DNA of 64,000 bases, taken from assembly GCF_018350175.1 (NCBI RefSeq), contig NC_058368.1, positions 136,092,001 through 136,156,000 on the forward strand. Direction: 5' to 3'. This DNA comes from Felis catus (Eukaryota). A program made the translations under genes and the position numbers. The notes under the pieces were generated by a model. It worked only from the letters and a program-made list of their open reading frames with translations, did no database searches and had not been told where the DNA came from. Of this stretch, positions 62,695 to 64,000 are shown piece by piece. Each line of letters starts with the position of its first letter. Positions within the stretch are counted from its first letter, which is position 1.

Positions 62695-64000
62695 CCTGAT
62701 GATGAGTGATGTTGAGCATCTTTTCATGTGTCTGTTGGCCACCTGGATGTCTTCTTTAGAAAAGTATCTATTCATGTCTTCCATACATTTCTTCACTGGA
62801 TTGTTTTTCGGATAAGTTTGTTAAGTTCTTTATACATTTTGGATACTAACCCTTTATCTGATAGGTCATTTGTACATATCTTCTCCCATTCTGTTGGTTG
62901 CCTTTTGGTTTTGTTGATTGTTTCCTTTGCAGTGCAGAAACTTTTTATCTTGAGGAGGTCCCAATAGTTCATTTTTGCTTTATTTCCCTTGCCTTTGGAG
63001 ACATGTCGAGCAAGAAATGGCTGCATCTGAGGTCAAAGATGTTGTTGCCCGTTTTCTCCTGTAGGGTTTTGATGGTTTCCTGTCTCACATTTAGGTCTTT
63101 TATCCATTTTGAGTTTATTTTTTGTATGGTTTAAGAAAGTGGTCTAGTTTCATTCTTCTGCATGTTTCTGTCCAGTTCTCCCAGCACCATTTGCTAAAGA
63201 GGGTGTTGTTTCACATTTGGATACTTTTTCCTGATTGATGAAAAGACTGTCGTCATCACTCATCATTAGGGAAATGCAAATCAAAACCACATTGAGATAC
63301 CACCTCACACCAGTCAGAGTGGCTAAAATTAACAGCTCAGGAAACACTAGATGTTGGTGAGGATGTGGAGAAACGGGAACCCTCTCGCACTGTTGGTGAG
63401 AATGCAAACTGATGCAGCCTTTCTGGAAAACAGTGTGGAGGTTGCTCAAAAAATTAAAAATAGAACTACCCTACAACCCAGCAATAGTACTACTACGAAT
63501 TTATCCAAAGGATATAGGAGTGCTGATCCATAGGGACACCTGTATACCCTAATGTTTATCGGAGCACGCTCAACGATAGCTAAATTATGCAAAGAGGCCA
63601 AATGTCCATCACCTAATGAATGGATAAAGAAGATGTAGTTTATATATACAATGGAATACTACTTGGCAATGAAAAAGAATGAAATCCTGCCATTTGCAGC
63701 ATTATGGCTGGAACTGGAGGGTATTATGCTAAGTGAAATAAGTCAATCAGAGAAAAGACAGATACCATGTTTTCCCTCACGTGTGGAACTTGAGAAACTT
63801 AACAGAAGACCATGGGGGAAGGGAAGGGGAAAAAATAGTTACAAACAGAGGGGGAGGGAGGCAAACCATTAGAGACTCTTAAATACACAGAACAAACTGA
63901 GGGTGGGTGGGGGAGAGGTGAGGGAGAGAGGCAAATGGGTGATGGGCATTGAGGAGGGCACTTGTTGGGATGAGCACTGGGTGTTGTATGTAATTGATGA
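62695..64000 (+). mobile_element. L1 with 5' inversion (- segment 62695-63233; + segment ~63254 to the window end)
   Basis: L1 ORF2 text flips strand at ~63240; the two segments are adjacent in L1 coordinates. Confidence 0.88.

Overview
Mammalian genomic DNA from a felid, judged from the carnivore tRNA-derived SINEC and L1_Fc-type repeats; the species cannot be fixed from sequence alone. Three genes can be read exon by exon. (1) SMN, - strand: exon 1 only (11803-11874), with intron 1 running off the left edge. (2) SERF1, - strand, complete: three coding exons (28098-28104, 27194-27302, 24135-24207) giving 62 aa. (3) BDP1, the TFIIIB subunit, + strand: coding exons 1-11 (31712-59650), 548 codons with consistent splice phases; the gene continues past the right edge. 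The rest is mostly SINEC, L1, L2, MIR, MaLR/ERVL LTRs and a Tigger element. I see no CRISPR, prokaryotic-type system or new protein family. Best leads: an MLT1 LTR that resembles the human SERF1 long-isoform terminal exon but carries an early stop; three ~1.4 kb L1 insertions from two subfamilies that share essentially one 5' truncation point; repeated re-use of single insertion targets (triplicated TSDs); a ~75 nt polyadenylated retroposed fragment; inverted SINEs bracketing BDP1 exon 2; and several BDP1 splicing/uORF oddities. Comparisons with human or mouse sequences are from memory and need alignment. Repeat boundaries are approximate unless a TSD is given.
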